64,000 nucleotides of DNA, from NCBI GenBank assembly GCA_036677065.1, contig JAKFBS010000002.1:1-64000 (forward strand), written 5' to 3'. Position 1 is the first letter of the stretch, and every line of letters starts with the position of its first letter. The notes beneath the pieces are model-generated. The model saw nothing but the letters and a program-made list of their open reading frames with translations, did not search any database and was not told the DNA's origin. Of this stretch, positions 1-9,505 are shown piece after piece. This DNA is from Bdellovibrio sp. (GTDB lineage: Bacteria > Bdellovibrionota > Bdellovibrionia > Bdellovibrionales > Bdellovibrionaceae). Position numbers and translations under genes: made by a program.

Positions 1-206
1 TGTTCAGTCGTTGCAATTGAATAGGCGCGAAGGGCAGCCTTCATCGGTTGGCCAGCTTCATCAGTTTGGGGCACATGTAACATGACAAATTGACCAGCTC
101 TGAACTTAAATTCAGGGTGGCTAATGACTTGTAAATCCAATTCGCGGATTTGTTTGGTGTGATCAGTGATTTTATTGATTTTGTAATTATAAATAATACG
201 GCTCAT
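1..206 (-). CDS. FAD-binding oxidoreductase, ferredoxin-NADP+ reductase family (5' part only; runs off the window)
   Basis: Not in the ORF track. Manual translation from ATG at 206 gives MSRIIYNYKINKITDHTKQIRELDL...FKFRAGQFVMLHVP...LRAYSIATTE. The F-x-A-G-Q-F and R-x-Y-S-I motifs are typical of the FNR FAD-binding domain. Confidence 0.8.
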   Translation of the reverse strand, partial: MSRIIYNYKINKITDHTKQIRELDLQVISHPEFKFRAGQFVMLHVPQTDEAGQPMKAALRAYSIATTE

Positions 207-317
207 AGCCCGTATATTCGTTATTAGAGCCTAAATTGTCAAAGTAAACCTAAATAATTTTCAACTGCGGGCTTAGCCCTTGAATGAGCAAATCCCTCGG
301 CGGTAAAACCCTAGCAG

Positions 318-1652
318 ATGTTTAAAAAACCACTTCTTTTAAGTTTAGCATTTGTGATCTTTGGCCTTGGCTGTACGCCAAGCTCGAATACATCTAATAT
401 CGGTGAGGCCGTTTATACGCCTAAAAAAGAAGACCTGATTCAAGCAAAGCCTGCAGCTCCAGCAACCCGTACATTGCTTTATAAAAATGATCCCACTGTA
501 AGCTATTGCGAATCGTCGCTTGATGGCACGCAGAACTACAGTGGCTACCGTGATACAAAGCTTTACCCATCAGCCTCAGTCTCTAAAGTGTTTTTAACGG
601 CCTTTGCGTTAAGTAAGCTTGGAACAGATTATAAATTTATCCATGAATGGCGTGTGCGTAAGAATGCCAATGGAACTTATGATGCCTATTTAAATTCAAA
701 CTTTGATCCGGTTTTTAATATCGAAAAAGTTCTTTATACGATGTCGCACTTAAAACGTTATGGTGTAACTCAAATCAGAAACCTATATATCGCCAAATCA
801 ACGCGTGTATATTTATCAGTGTTAAATAACCCGCATATCGAACTTGATTCTGTGCCTGTCAGTCTGAATCAATCTATTGATAACCTGAAATTAATCTTTA
901 ATTCGAATAATTGGGGTTCACAAACCGAGCTAGCCCGTAAAAATGTTGCTGAGCACTTTGAACTTCAGGGTAAAAGCATTGATTTGCCATCTTCATATTC
1001 AGTGCAAAACGTAGTTCTGGATAACAATGGCCAAGCGGCAGCTAGTTTTGCCAATGCAACGGCTATAAACGTTCAATCAACGTCGTTATTTCGCTATTTA
1101 AAAGAGATTAATTTAAATTCAAATAACTACATGTCGGATGCTTTATTTGCCTTATTGGGCGGAGAAGCGGGCTTTCGCCAATTTCAAAAAGACAAACTGG
1201 GCTTAGGCTTAGACTCTTTAATTATGAAAACAGGATCTGGGCTTCCGGTCGAAATCAATGGTGACCGTGTTGATAACAAAGCCTCTTGTTTTTCGATTTT
1301 AAAAGTTATGCATTTTGTGAAGCTGATCGCCGATCAAGCTAATTTAGATTTAGGTTATATCTTGTTAACAGCGGGTCTAGATCGCGGCACCTACGAGACT
1401 GATTTAGTGATTAACAAATCAGTGGTGTTAAAGACAGGCCGTTTGTATGATGTTCCCACGTTAAATTTAGCAGGTATTGTGTCGACACAAAAAGGCCTGA
1501 TGGTGTTTGGATTCTTGGGTCATGATTTTTCGAACGAAGATGAAAAAGACATGATTGATAAACGCGATCATCTTTTACAAGACCTTTTAAACTTCTATAA
1601 AGAAAAACCGATGTTTAAAACTCTGTCTCAAAATGATATTTTCTTTCTTTAA
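318..1652 (+). CDS. dacB: D-Ala-D-Ala carboxypeptidase/endopeptidase (DacB/PBP4, peptidase S13), predicted lipoprotein
   Basis: SxxK (ASVSK), SxN (SNN), GSG and KTG motifs in the expected order. N-terminal lipobox-like GLGC. Confidence 0.85.
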   Translation: MFKKPLLLSLAFVIFGLGCTPSSNTSNIGEAVYTPKKEDLIQAKPAAPATRTLLYKNDPTVSYCESSLDGTQNYSGYRDTKLYPSASVSKVFLTAFALSKLGTDYKFIHEWRVRKNANGTYDAYLNSNFDPVFNIEKVLYTMSHLKRYGVTQIRNLYIAKSTRVYLSVLNNPHIELDSVPVSLNQSIDNLKLIFNSNNWGSQTELARKNVAEHFELQGKSIDLPSSYSVQNVVLDNNGQAAASFANATAINVQSTSLFRYLKEINLNSNNYMSDALFALLGGEAGFRQFQKDKLGLGLDSLIMKTGSGLPVEINGDRVDNKASCFSILKVMHFVKLIADQANLDLGYILLTAGLDRGTYETDLVINKSVVLKTGRLYDVPTLNLAGIVSTQKGLMVFGFLGHDFSNEDEKDMIDKRDHLLQDLLNFYKEKPMFKTLSQNDIFFL

Positions 1653-1678
1653 TTAATTCTCACACTGAAACACTAAGT

Positions 1679-1694
1679 TGGCCCCTCGTTAGCT
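1679..1694 (+). promoter_or_regulatory. Candidate sigma54 (-24/-12) promoter
   Basis: TGGCCCCTCGTTAGCT has GG-N10-GC spacing and lies 25 nt upstream of the ATG at 1720 (SD GAGGT). Confidence 0.5.
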
Positions 1695-1719
1695 TTATAT
1701 AAAGTTATCGAGGTGAACC

Positions 1720-4700
1720 ATGAATTTTAAAATTCAAACTGCATTAGCCGTGTTTTTAATCGCAACAACTACTTTTGCACACGAAGGTATTGTTCGTATC
1801 CCACTAAAAACATTCATGAAACCAGCCGGAAACTTAGTATCACAAAATGGTAAGAAGCTAAGTTATGCAGATGTGGCAAAATTAAATGACTCACACGTCG
1901 ACTTGTCTAAGCTTCAGCCAGTTGAAGACAAATACTGGCAGAATAAAAAATACTCGGCAATTGATACACAAGTTCATGCTGAGATGCCTCAAGCTGAGAC
2001 GGGCGTTACGATTGACTCTTATTTAGGAGCGAATCGCGAATTAGGTTTTTACACTATTATAGTAAAGCCATCGAGCGGTAAATCAGAGCGTTACGGTTTA
2101 ACCTTAGGCCTACAAGTTCATGCCTCTTTATTAAAGTCTGCCTTATTACGTAAATTAGGTTACTTTCAACATTCGCCAAAACATTACGACAAGATCAAAT
2201 TAAACTTCGCCAACAAAGAAGAAAAAGAATTATTCGTTAAACGTGCGTTCTGTGAACAAGGACCGGATGCAGTTTCTATCGACTGTTTATCTATCGCTCC
2301 GTTTAAGACAGACACAGACAAACGTGAATTTTTATCTGAAGCGGGTGCTACATCTTTATATGTACACGGTGCTTATTTAGAAAAAATGGACAGCGAAATT
2401 CCAAGTTTATTTGACGGTTTAACTCCGGCCAATGTGGATTCAATCCCTTACTTTGCGACGGATCGCCAATTTCGTGCGCTTTTAGTTCCGTTTGTTATCG
2501 GTGATGTTCAAGAATCATTAGGCCGTGTAGCCCCAGAATCAGTTTTAGTTCGTGATGGTTATGCTTATATTAACTTCGCATTCAGTGATTATTTTTCTCA
2601 AACAAGTGGCGATGATGTGAAGTGGATGTTACGTCGTGTGGCTTTATTAACAGATAAAGACTGGGATGAAATCGTCGAAGCCGGCCATTATCCGAAAAGC
2701 TTAAATCAGTTAGCAAAAGCTGCGATTATGTCTAGAGCTAAAAACATGATGCACTGGTTTTTTGACCACGAAGGCAAAGACATGATGCAGGCTCGTATCC
2801 CTGATTTTAAATACACATCAGCTGACGGTTTAGTTGTTGATGGTCGTATTACACAAGAATACATTCCAGGCGAACCACACCGTTTTACTCACGGTGAGCG
2901 TCAGTCACCTTTCGAGCGCGGTGATTTCTTAAGATACATGGTGATCAAATCACAATCTTCAGTCATTGGCTTAGCTATCAATAAACTTTCTGAAAAATTA
3001 AAATTAGAACAAAAAGAAATTACATCTACCAAAATGAATGGTTATAGAATTCGTCCAGATGGCAAGCTTGCGCCAGTAGGTTATGCTGATGGCCGCCAAT
3101 TCGGTATTAACTTTGGTGCTTCTCGTATCGTGACTACAGGAACATATTACGGTTCACAAGCAGCAGTTCAATTAGTGGATAACGTTAGAATGAGTGCAGG
3201 TCTTGGAGTATTTCGTATGATCGAAGACTTCAGCGGTATCAGCACTATGCTTGGTGGTAACGTAAGTTATAACCGTGATTTCACCCACGTTGTACCGTTA
3301 CAAACGATGAAAGAAACTAAAGAGATCGACTGGAAAGATATTTATGTTCCTTCGCGTTTACATAAAATTGCATCTCCTTTAAAAGACGGTAAACTTGCTG
3401 AGTTTTTTCAAAACTTTAAAAATGGTGAGGTATTCACAATCACTGAATCTATTGGTGCTGGTGGATCAGTTGGTTACATGTATGCTTTAGATGCTTTAAT
3501 CGGTTTTACTGCGCAAACAGTTCCAAGTATTGGTTTATCTGGCGGAGCAAATGCTGTTTTATTACGTCAAACTCAAATCACTAAAACAGAAGCTGGCTTT
3601 CAAGTGTTTATTCGTAACCAAAACACAAAAGCATTTCAGGTAACGTTTGATGTGAATTATTTCATTAACTTGTTAAAAGTAAAAAATGAATCAACATTTA
3701 CTGATCTTCACACAGATGCCTATATCTTAAATGCAAACACTGACTTCATCACACAAGTAGATGCCGCGATTGAAGAAGTTAAAAAAGAAGCTTTAGATAA
3801 CAAAGAAGATCCTGTTGTAGCTGTTGAAGCCTACTTTGCTGACAATGAAGAGTTGGCTAAACGTTATAAATCGCAAAAAGGCTTTGCTGATAAAATGTCT
3901 GGTGCATTACGTGCCCTTATTTTTCAATCAAGCACTGATCAATTAGAGACAAACTTCAGAAAACAAGTTTTTCAGATTGATCATGATCTTAATACCAAAG
4001 AATTAAAAACTAAATTCTTGTGGTGGAGAAAGTCAAAACTTACAGAAGAACATTTATTAAAAATCTATAAACCAGAAGTAACAGCTGTTGATTCAGGTGA
4101 AGTCGAAAATAAACCTATCGAAGTTGTGACTTACCGTAAAGGTAAACTTACGGGTAAAGACGTGTTAGGTTTTGGCTTAAACGTTGTTGATTACGGTATT
4201 AAAAAATTAAGTCCAGAATATGCGCCGATGTTATCGCAAGATGCGCAAAACCCATCACAAATGCCTTTTGGTAAAGCGCAATGGCATATCGTGCGTACCG
4301 ATACTGAATTAACTAAGCGTCAGGGTTCTTTACCAACAGTTGCAGTCCTGCAAAACGTGTGGGGTGGTTGGTCATTAAAGAAAAAAGATCTTGATAAAAT
4401 TCTTGCAGCCTTACGTGCGAAATTCAACACGTCAGAATTTGCAGGTACTGAATTCCAAACAAAAGAATTAATTCCTGATGCGCGTTTTCAACAAGTTAAA
4501 AAGATCGATTTCTTTCGTATTACAGAAAATCTATCTTTGCTGCCGACAGCTATTGATAAAATCAAAGCTATGTTAATTACTCCGGATATTACCGGAATTA
4601 AATTAGATAAGGCCAGCTTCATTACTAGGCTTTTTAAAAAGGTTAATGAAGATGGAACTTCGAAAAGTGCCCGTGCTGAAGATAAAGCCATATTCAAAAA

Positions 4701-5211
4701 CTTAATGACAGTGATCGGCGGCGGCAATGAATCTGCAGGTTATGCTCATTACATGGAGCAATGTAAAGCTAAAAAAGAAGACGCTGTCTACGCTGGCAAT
4801 GGCAAGGGTGGTGGTCATGGGCCCACAAATACAACAGCCTGGTTAAAAGGATCTAAGTATGAATGTTTAGAAGACTGGGTTGATGATATCATTATGTTAG
4901 CGCGTGAATACGTGCGAAGCGATGCGCGTGAACAAAACCGTCTTATGACCGAGCTAATCTATGTTTTAGAAGAAAACATTCCATTACCGGTGTTATTAAA
5001 AGTATTAGGTAAAGAAAATTACTTATATTTCGTAGAAATCACGGGTTTCAGAAAAGGTGACGAAAATGCTGATGAGGCGTTCTCGGTATCTAACGTATTA
5101 GGTGAGCCTGCGAAAAAACATCCTTACTCTAATGGTTTAATCAGTATCTTTGCAGAAAAAACAAAAATTATTCCTATTGAACTAGATCGTTCTCAAGGGA
5201 GCTTCCAATGA
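1720..5211 (+). CDS. Large secreted hypothetical protein (1163 aa), possibly with a degenerate kinase-like N-terminal region
   Basis: Long ORF with a Sec signal (…TTTFA|HE) and SD GAGGT. Its stop overlaps the next start (ATGA). Confidence 0.75.
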   Translation: MNFKIQTALAVFLIATTTFAHEGIVRIPLKTFMKPAGNLVSQNGKKLSYADVAKLNDSHVDLSKLQPVEDKYWQNKKYSAIDTQVHAEMPQAETGVTIDSYLGANRELGFYTIIVKPSSGKSERYGLTLGLQVHASLLKSALLRKLGYFQHSPKHYDKIKLNFANKEEKELFVKRAFCEQGPDAVSIDCLSIAPFKTDTDKREFLSEAGATSLYVHGAYLEKMDSEIPSLFDGLTPANVDSIPYFATDRQFRALLVPFVIGDVQESLGRVAPESVLVRDGYAYINFAFSDYFSQTSGDDVKWMLRRVALLTDKDWDEIVEAGHYPKSLNQLAKAAIMSRAKNMMHWFFDHEGKDMMQARIPDFKYTSADGLVVDGRITQEYIPGEPHRFTHGERQSPFERGDFLRYMVIKSQSSVIGLAINKLSEKLKLEQKEITSTKMNGYRIRPDGKLAPVGYADGRQFGINFGASRIVTTGTYYGSQAAVQLVDNVRMSAGLGVFRMIEDFSGISTMLGGNVSYNRDFTHVVPLQTMKETKEIDWKDIYVPSRLHKIASPLKDGKLAEFFQNFKNGEVFTITESIGAGGSVGYMYALDALIGFTAQTVPSIGLSGGANAVLLRQTQITKTEAGFQVFIRNQNTKAFQVTFDVNYFINLLKVKNESTFTDLHTDAYILNANTDFITQVDAAIEEVKKEALDNKEDPVVAVEAYFADNEELAKRYKSQKGFADKMSGALRALIFQSSTDQLETNFRKQVFQIDHDLNTKELKTKFLWWRKSKLTEEHLLKIYKPEVTAVDSGEVENKPIEVVTYRKGKLTGKDVLGFGLNVVDYGIKKLSPEYAPMLSQDAQNPSQMPFGKAQWHIVRTDTELTKRQGSLPTVAVLQNVWGGWSLKKKDLDKILAALRAKFNTSEFAGTEFQTKELIPDARFQQVKKIDFFRITENLSLLPTAIDKIKAMLITPDITGIKLDKASFITRLFKKVNEDGTSKSARAEDKAIFKNLMTVIGGGNESAGYAHYMEQCKAKKEDAVYAGNGKGGGHGPTNTTAWLKGSKYECLEDWVDDIIMLAREYVRSDAREQNRLMTELIYVLEENIPLPVLLKVLGKENYLYFVEITGFRKGDENADEAFSVSNVLGEPAKKHPYSNGLISIFAEKTKIIPIELDRSQGSFQ

Positions 5212-8200
5212 TTAATTTAAAGAAGTTATCACTACTTGGTCTATTGATTCCAGTCATCGCCATGGCCGGAACTGAAAAAGAATATAAAGCGATCATTGCA
5301 AAATCATGGGCGCTTAAAAATACCGGAGTAAGTCAGTTATTTGACTTAGACCCATTGCAAACTTACCGCTTGCAAGCTAAAGCCGGTGAAGATTTACATT
5401 TACTTCCGCCAGTGGCGTCTCCGGTCGCTTTGAAAAAAATCAAAGTTGCTGTTCTTGATACCGGAGTAGATGTAACTCACCCATTTTTAAAAAACCGTAT
5501 CGCCCGTAACGAAAAAGAGTGTGCGAACTACGATAAATTTGAATCTTGCTTAGCCACTGAATCTGAGACGGTGAAGTCTTGCACTGATAAATATTTAATT
5601 TCAGATGAAGATGGTAACGGCTATCCAGCAGACTGCGTTGGCTGGAGTATTTTTGGTGATCCAACTTCAACTAATATTATCGGTACTCCTGATGTCGCTG
5701 ATACAATCGGTCACGGAACTCACGTGGCAGGTCTTGTGGCATCAGTTTCTGATAATGTAGAAATTATTCCGGTGCAGGTTATTGCTGATGCGCCAAATGA
5801 ACCAGTTAAACCTTTCAGTATTGATTTAGAACCAAACGAAGACGGTCGCGGTGGATTAAATCCAAACGGCGCTTTTGAAAATGCAGAACGCACAGCGCGC
5901 GGAATAATTTATGCGATGAATGCTGGTGCGCAAATCATTACAATGTCTATCGGCTGGCCTGAAATGAATGACACTGAGTTATTAAAAATGGCGGTTAAAG
6001 AAGCCCAGAGCCGCGGAATTATCGTCTTAGCAGCTGCTGGAAATGATTCAACTCAAAGCCTATTACGTCCGTGCCAATACGCTGGTGTAATCTGTGTTGG
6101 AGCTTCTCGTCCAGACGGGGCGATGGCGCATTTTTCTAACTATGGTTACGGTGTTGATATCGCAGCTCCGGGTACTGGTTTAGTTTCAACGATTCCAATG
6201 ACTCACAGATCAATCCGTTTACCTGGATTTATCGGTGTCGACATTTTAAATGGTACTTCGCAAGCAACTCCACTTGTTGCTGGTGTTATCGCTGATATGT
6301 TAGCTCGCGGAATTCCGGCTGAAGAAATTTACCCACGTCTTATTTTAGGCGCGCGTAAAGCAAGCCCAGAATTACCAGTGTTAGTTGGACCAGTTCAAAC
6401 TAAAGGAACTCCCGCTTTACCGAGTAAGTCTTATGATCGTTACACTTTGGCAGGACTTATTGATGCTAAAGGTGCTGTGAATGTTAAAGCTAAGACTTTA
6501 ATTTTAAGTGCGAATAAAGACATTCAAGTGATCGAGTGGAACAGAACATCTCGTGAATTATCGTTTAAATTTGCCGTTAAGAACTACTGGTCTGATGTCG
6601 CATCTGCTGATGTGACGTTAGATCTTACTTCAAAAAATAAATCTCGTTATTACCCATCTGTTGTAAAATCTGAAATTTTGCATGACGGCGATGATATGTG
6701 GGAGATGGGCGAAGAGCGCCTAGTGCAAGTGGATTTAGAGATCACTGACACAGATGATGCAGCTCTTTCTCAAGTTGCCAGTGATTTATCATTTACTGTA
6801 AGTCCTACGGTTAATGGCGAAAAAGCGATGGCTTTTGAAACTCGTGCAGAGATTCAGGTTAAATTAACTAAAGATGCCGTTGGCAACGATTTATCTTCGA
6901 TTCCAATCGTGGGTCAGCTGGCTCGTGGTATGAAGTTATTCTTAGTCGATGAAGTTTACGATAATAACTTACAAAATCGTGATTACATGGCATTAAAACA
7001 AGGTGAAACTACTTTTGATGTGCAGCTAGTAAGATTTAAAAATAATTCTTACACTTTTGAGGCGATCAAAACGATCACACTTGATGGTAACGTAAAACAA
7101 ACTCGTCCGGTGCAACGTGTGCGTATGGATATCGACGGTGACGGAGTTTCTGAGTACGTTTTAGTGATTCAAGAATTTAAAGAAAAAGGTGGTCTGTATA
7201 ATCAAGGCGATTATATTCTTCATTTTTATATCTTTGATACGAATATGAATATTAAAAAACAATATTCATTCTATGACCAACGCGCAGTAATGCCTGTGAA
7301 CTATAGCTGGTTAAAAGTGGGCAATGAATTACGTCCAGCGTGGGTAATTACCGGTAAAGCCGTTATTAAAAAATGGGATGTTACTGATTTATGGCAAACT
7401 GATGAAGATGCAAAACCTAATATGGGTGGAACAGACATCCGTTTATACTTCTTAAATAAAGATTATAAACTTGATGAAATCCAACCTCCGAAAGACGCGC
7501 GTATTGTGGATATTATCCAGCCGACACTTAAACAAGTGCAGTCAGGTGTGCTTCCGGTATTGATTGCTAAAAATTTAGGAACCGAAATCAAACCATCATA
7601 CTTGTACCAATTTTCCCTAGCGTATGTACAAAATGGACAGGTCACAGGCGAAAAAGTTATCGAAAATTTAAGTGCAGCAAAAAATTATCGTAACTTATTA
7701 GATACTCGTGTTGATAAAATTTTAAATTTACATTCAGCTAACGATGAATACCGCGGAACTTTTTGGTTTGGTGCTGACGCTCATAAAAAACAACGCGTAA
7801 CTGCAATTGATTTTAACACCAACAAGATGCATGACCGTTTATTAGAATCGATCACGACGATTTATGATGCTCCCTTATTAGTGCGCTCGGCTTATATGGG
7901 TAAAAAAACTCAAGGCGTGTTTTTAATCACGAACAGTGAAATCGAATATCATGACTTCAAAGGTGGATCTGCTGTGCAAACCAGCTTAAATAAGTACACT
8001 TTCATGGGTGATGATTTAACAGTAAATTTACAATTTCCAATTACGATTAATAATCGTAAGTCGGGTGATAAATTTCCTGCGCTATTTAATGTGGCAGGAA
8101 CTGCGATCAGCCGTGGTGTCAAAATGATTACTCCAGTTTACAACAAAGCTGGTAAGGTGGAGCAAATTATCGCACCAGCAAGATTGCATATGCAAACGCC

Positions 8201-8306
8201 GCAGGGCTGCCGTCCGCAAGATGCGCCTCTGTATTTAGGTACAAGCGGATATGCACTTGATTTTTACTGCGGTGATAAATTCTTACGCCTTCAATTGACA
8301 TACTAA
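5208..8306 (+). CDS. Secreted S8 (subtilisin-family) serine protease with long C-terminal extension
   Basis: Catalytic triad motifs VAVLDTG, GHGTHVAG and GTSQATP, oxyanion AAAGND, a signal peptide, and a DIDGDGVSE Ca-binding-like motif in the C-terminal part. Confidence 0.92.
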   Translation: MINLKKLSLLGLLIPVIAMAGTEKEYKAIIAKSWALKNTGVSQLFDLDPLQTYRLQAKAGEDLHLLPPVASPVALKKIKVAVLDTGVDVTHPFLKNRIARNEKECANYDKFESCLATESETVKSCTDKYLISDEDGNGYPADCVGWSIFGDPTSTNIIGTPDVADTIGHGTHVAGLVASVSDNVEIIPVQVIADAPNEPVKPFSIDLEPNEDGRGGLNPNGAFENAERTARGIIYAMNAGAQIITMSIGWPEMNDTELLKMAVKEAQSRGIIVLAAAGNDSTQSLLRPCQYAGVICVGASRPDGAMAHFSNYGYGVDIAAPGTGLVSTIPMTHRSIRLPGFIGVDILNGTSQATPLVAGVIADMLARGIPAEEIYPRLILGARKASPELPVLVGPVQTKGTPALPSKSYDRYTLAGLIDAKGAVNVKAKTLILSANKDIQVIEWNRTSRELSFKFAVKNYWSDVASADVTLDLTSKNKSRYYPSVVKSEILHDGDDMWEMGEERLVQVDLEITDTDDAALSQVASDLSFTVSPTVNGEKAMAFETRAEIQVKLTKDAVGNDLSSIPIVGQLARGMKLFLVDEVYDNNLQNRDYMALKQGETTFDVQLVRFKNNSYTFEAIKTITLDGNVKQTRPVQRVRMDIDGDGVSEYVLVIQEFKEKGGLYNQGDYILHFYIFDTNMNIKKQYSFYDQRAVMPVNYSWLKVGNELRPAWVITGKAVIKKWDVTDLWQTDEDAKPNMGGTDIRLYFLNKDYKLDEIQPPKDARIVDIIQPTLKQVQSGVLPVLIAKNLGTEIKPSYLYQFSLAYVQNGQVTGEKVIENLSAAKNYRNLLDTRVDKILNLHSANDEYRGTFWFGADAHKKQRVTAIDFNTNKMHDRLLESITTIYDAPLLVRSAYMGKKTQGVFLITNSEIEYHDFKGGSAVQTSLNKYTFMGDDLTVNLQFPITINNRKSGDKFPALFNVAGTAISRGVKMITPVYNKAGKVEQIIAPARLHMQTPQGCRPQDAPLYLGTSGYALDFYCGDKFLRLQLTY

Positions 8307-8340
8307 GACACACTAGCTCTTGCTAGATTTGTTCTCACAC

Positions 8341-8379
8341 AAAAAAATGCATGACTTTCAATCAGTCATGCATTTTTTT
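8341..8379. terminator. Bidirectional intrinsic terminator
   Basis: Perfect 16-bp inverted repeat AAAAAAATGCATGACT-N7-AGTCATGCATTTTTTT downstream of the S8 gene. Confidence 0.75.
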
Positions 8380-8441
8380 CATTGTGCTTGCTCTAACCCC
8401 CAGCCATCTCTATTGAATCCCAAAACTGGTGTCAAAAAAGT

Positions 8442-8457
8442 TGGCCTATGTTTAGCA
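8442..8457 (+). promoter_or_regulatory. Candidate sigma54 (-24/-12) promoter
   Basis: TGGCCTATGTTTAGCA has GG-N10-GC spacing and the same AGTTGGCC…TTAGC shape as the site at 1679. Confidence 0.5.
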
Positions 8458-8508
8458 TTGTTAACACCCGTACTCGAAAAACCAAAAAAAACCAAACGGG
8501 GGAAAACA

Positions 8509-9447
8509 ATGAAATTAACAAGTGCTTTATTATTAGTAACAAGTATCGCGGTACTATCATCTTGCGGCGGTGGCGGTGGTGGCGGTAGCCCATCAACTTA
8601 CAATCCAGGTCCTAATGATTCTGGCGACATCTTACAATATCCATACGAAACAGTATACGGCGATGCATGCCGTGGTTCGAATGAACCAACTCCAGGTTGT
8701 ACTTTTGTTCGTGCAACTGGCCAACGTGCAACAGTTTCATCTGATCCAGATTACGATCAATATGGTTACGGTTCTGATGACCTTTGGTATGTTACATTCG
8801 ATTCATCTGGTAACGCTTCAGTATATAATGACTTAGGTGTATTTCAATACTCGGCTAACATTAACAGCTTTGCTGGTTTCGTTGGTGGTACAACTATCGG
8901 TGTCGGAACAACTGGAACATTCTGGGAAAACGTTGCTGGTGGTACTTACTGGTTCGGCGATAACGGAGTATTATACTCTGCTAACTCTAATTCATCTAAC
9001 TACGGTCAAGCGATCAACAACAAAGGTGCTAAAAAAGCAACTGACACTAATTCAAAAGCTATCTCTTCTGAACAAAACCAAAAGCTAATCAAAGCTGGTG
9101 CTGCTAAGTTAGTTAAAGAATACAAATTAACAAACTCTAAAGCTATCGCAGTTGCTTCTGCTTTAAACTCTTGGGCTGTAATGGGTGCTGAGCGTGGTAA
9201 AGTTACTACTGGTGACATGGATAAAACTTTTAAAACAGTTTTCGGTGTTAAGTTCAATGAAGCTTTATCAGCTGTAAATGCATTCCGTTCTGGTGGTGCT
9301 GACGCTGAAGACAAAGCTCGTGATTTAACAAATCGTTCTGCAGCTACTTTAGGTTTAAAACCTGACCAAGCTAAAGAATTCATCAAAGGTATGTACAAAG
9401 GTGCTATCGAAGAAGCTGGTATGACTACTGACGATATCCAATGGTAA
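8509..9447 (+). CDS. Lipoprotein of unknown function (start corrected from 8320)
   Basis: ATG at 8509 follows a GGGGG SD-like run. MKLTSALLLVTSIAVLSS|C is a lipobox followed by a Gly7 linker. Codon usage is strongly biased. Confidence 0.8.
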   Translation: MKLTSALLLVTSIAVLSSCGGGGGGGSPSTYNPGPNDSGDILQYPYETVYGDACRGSNEPTPGCTFVRATGQRATVSSDPDYDQYGYGSDDLWYVTFDSSGNASVYNDLGVFQYSANINSFAGFVGGTTIGVGTTGTFWENVAGGTYWFGDNGVLYSANSNSSNYGQAINNKGAKKATDTNSKAISSEQNQKLIKAGAAKLVKEYKLTNSKAIAVASALNSWAVMGAERGKVTTGDMDKTFKTVFGVKFNEALSAVNAFRSGGADAEDKARDLTNRSAATLGLKPDQAKEFIKGMYKGAIEEAGMTTDDIQW

Positions 9448-9471
9448 TCGTTTAGTTAATTACTAAAACTC

Positions 9472-9505
9472 AAAAGCCAAGGCTAATCACCTTGGCTTTT
9501 TTTTT
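9472..9505 (+). terminator. Intrinsic terminator
   Basis: AAAAGCCAAGG-N7-CCTTGGCTTTT followed by a T tract. Confidence 0.85.

Noticed and set aside
8320..8508. ORF-track N-terminal extensions (also at 10219, 13029, 15538, 17065, 25849, 54129, 63521)
   Set aside because: They cross terminators, promoters or neighbouring genes. The downstream starts have SDs, signal peptides or family-typical N-termini.
8565..8587. GGC/GGT run as a contingency microsatellite
   Set aside because: It is a mixed-codon, in-frame Gly linker after the lipoprotein Cys, and length change would not shift the frame.
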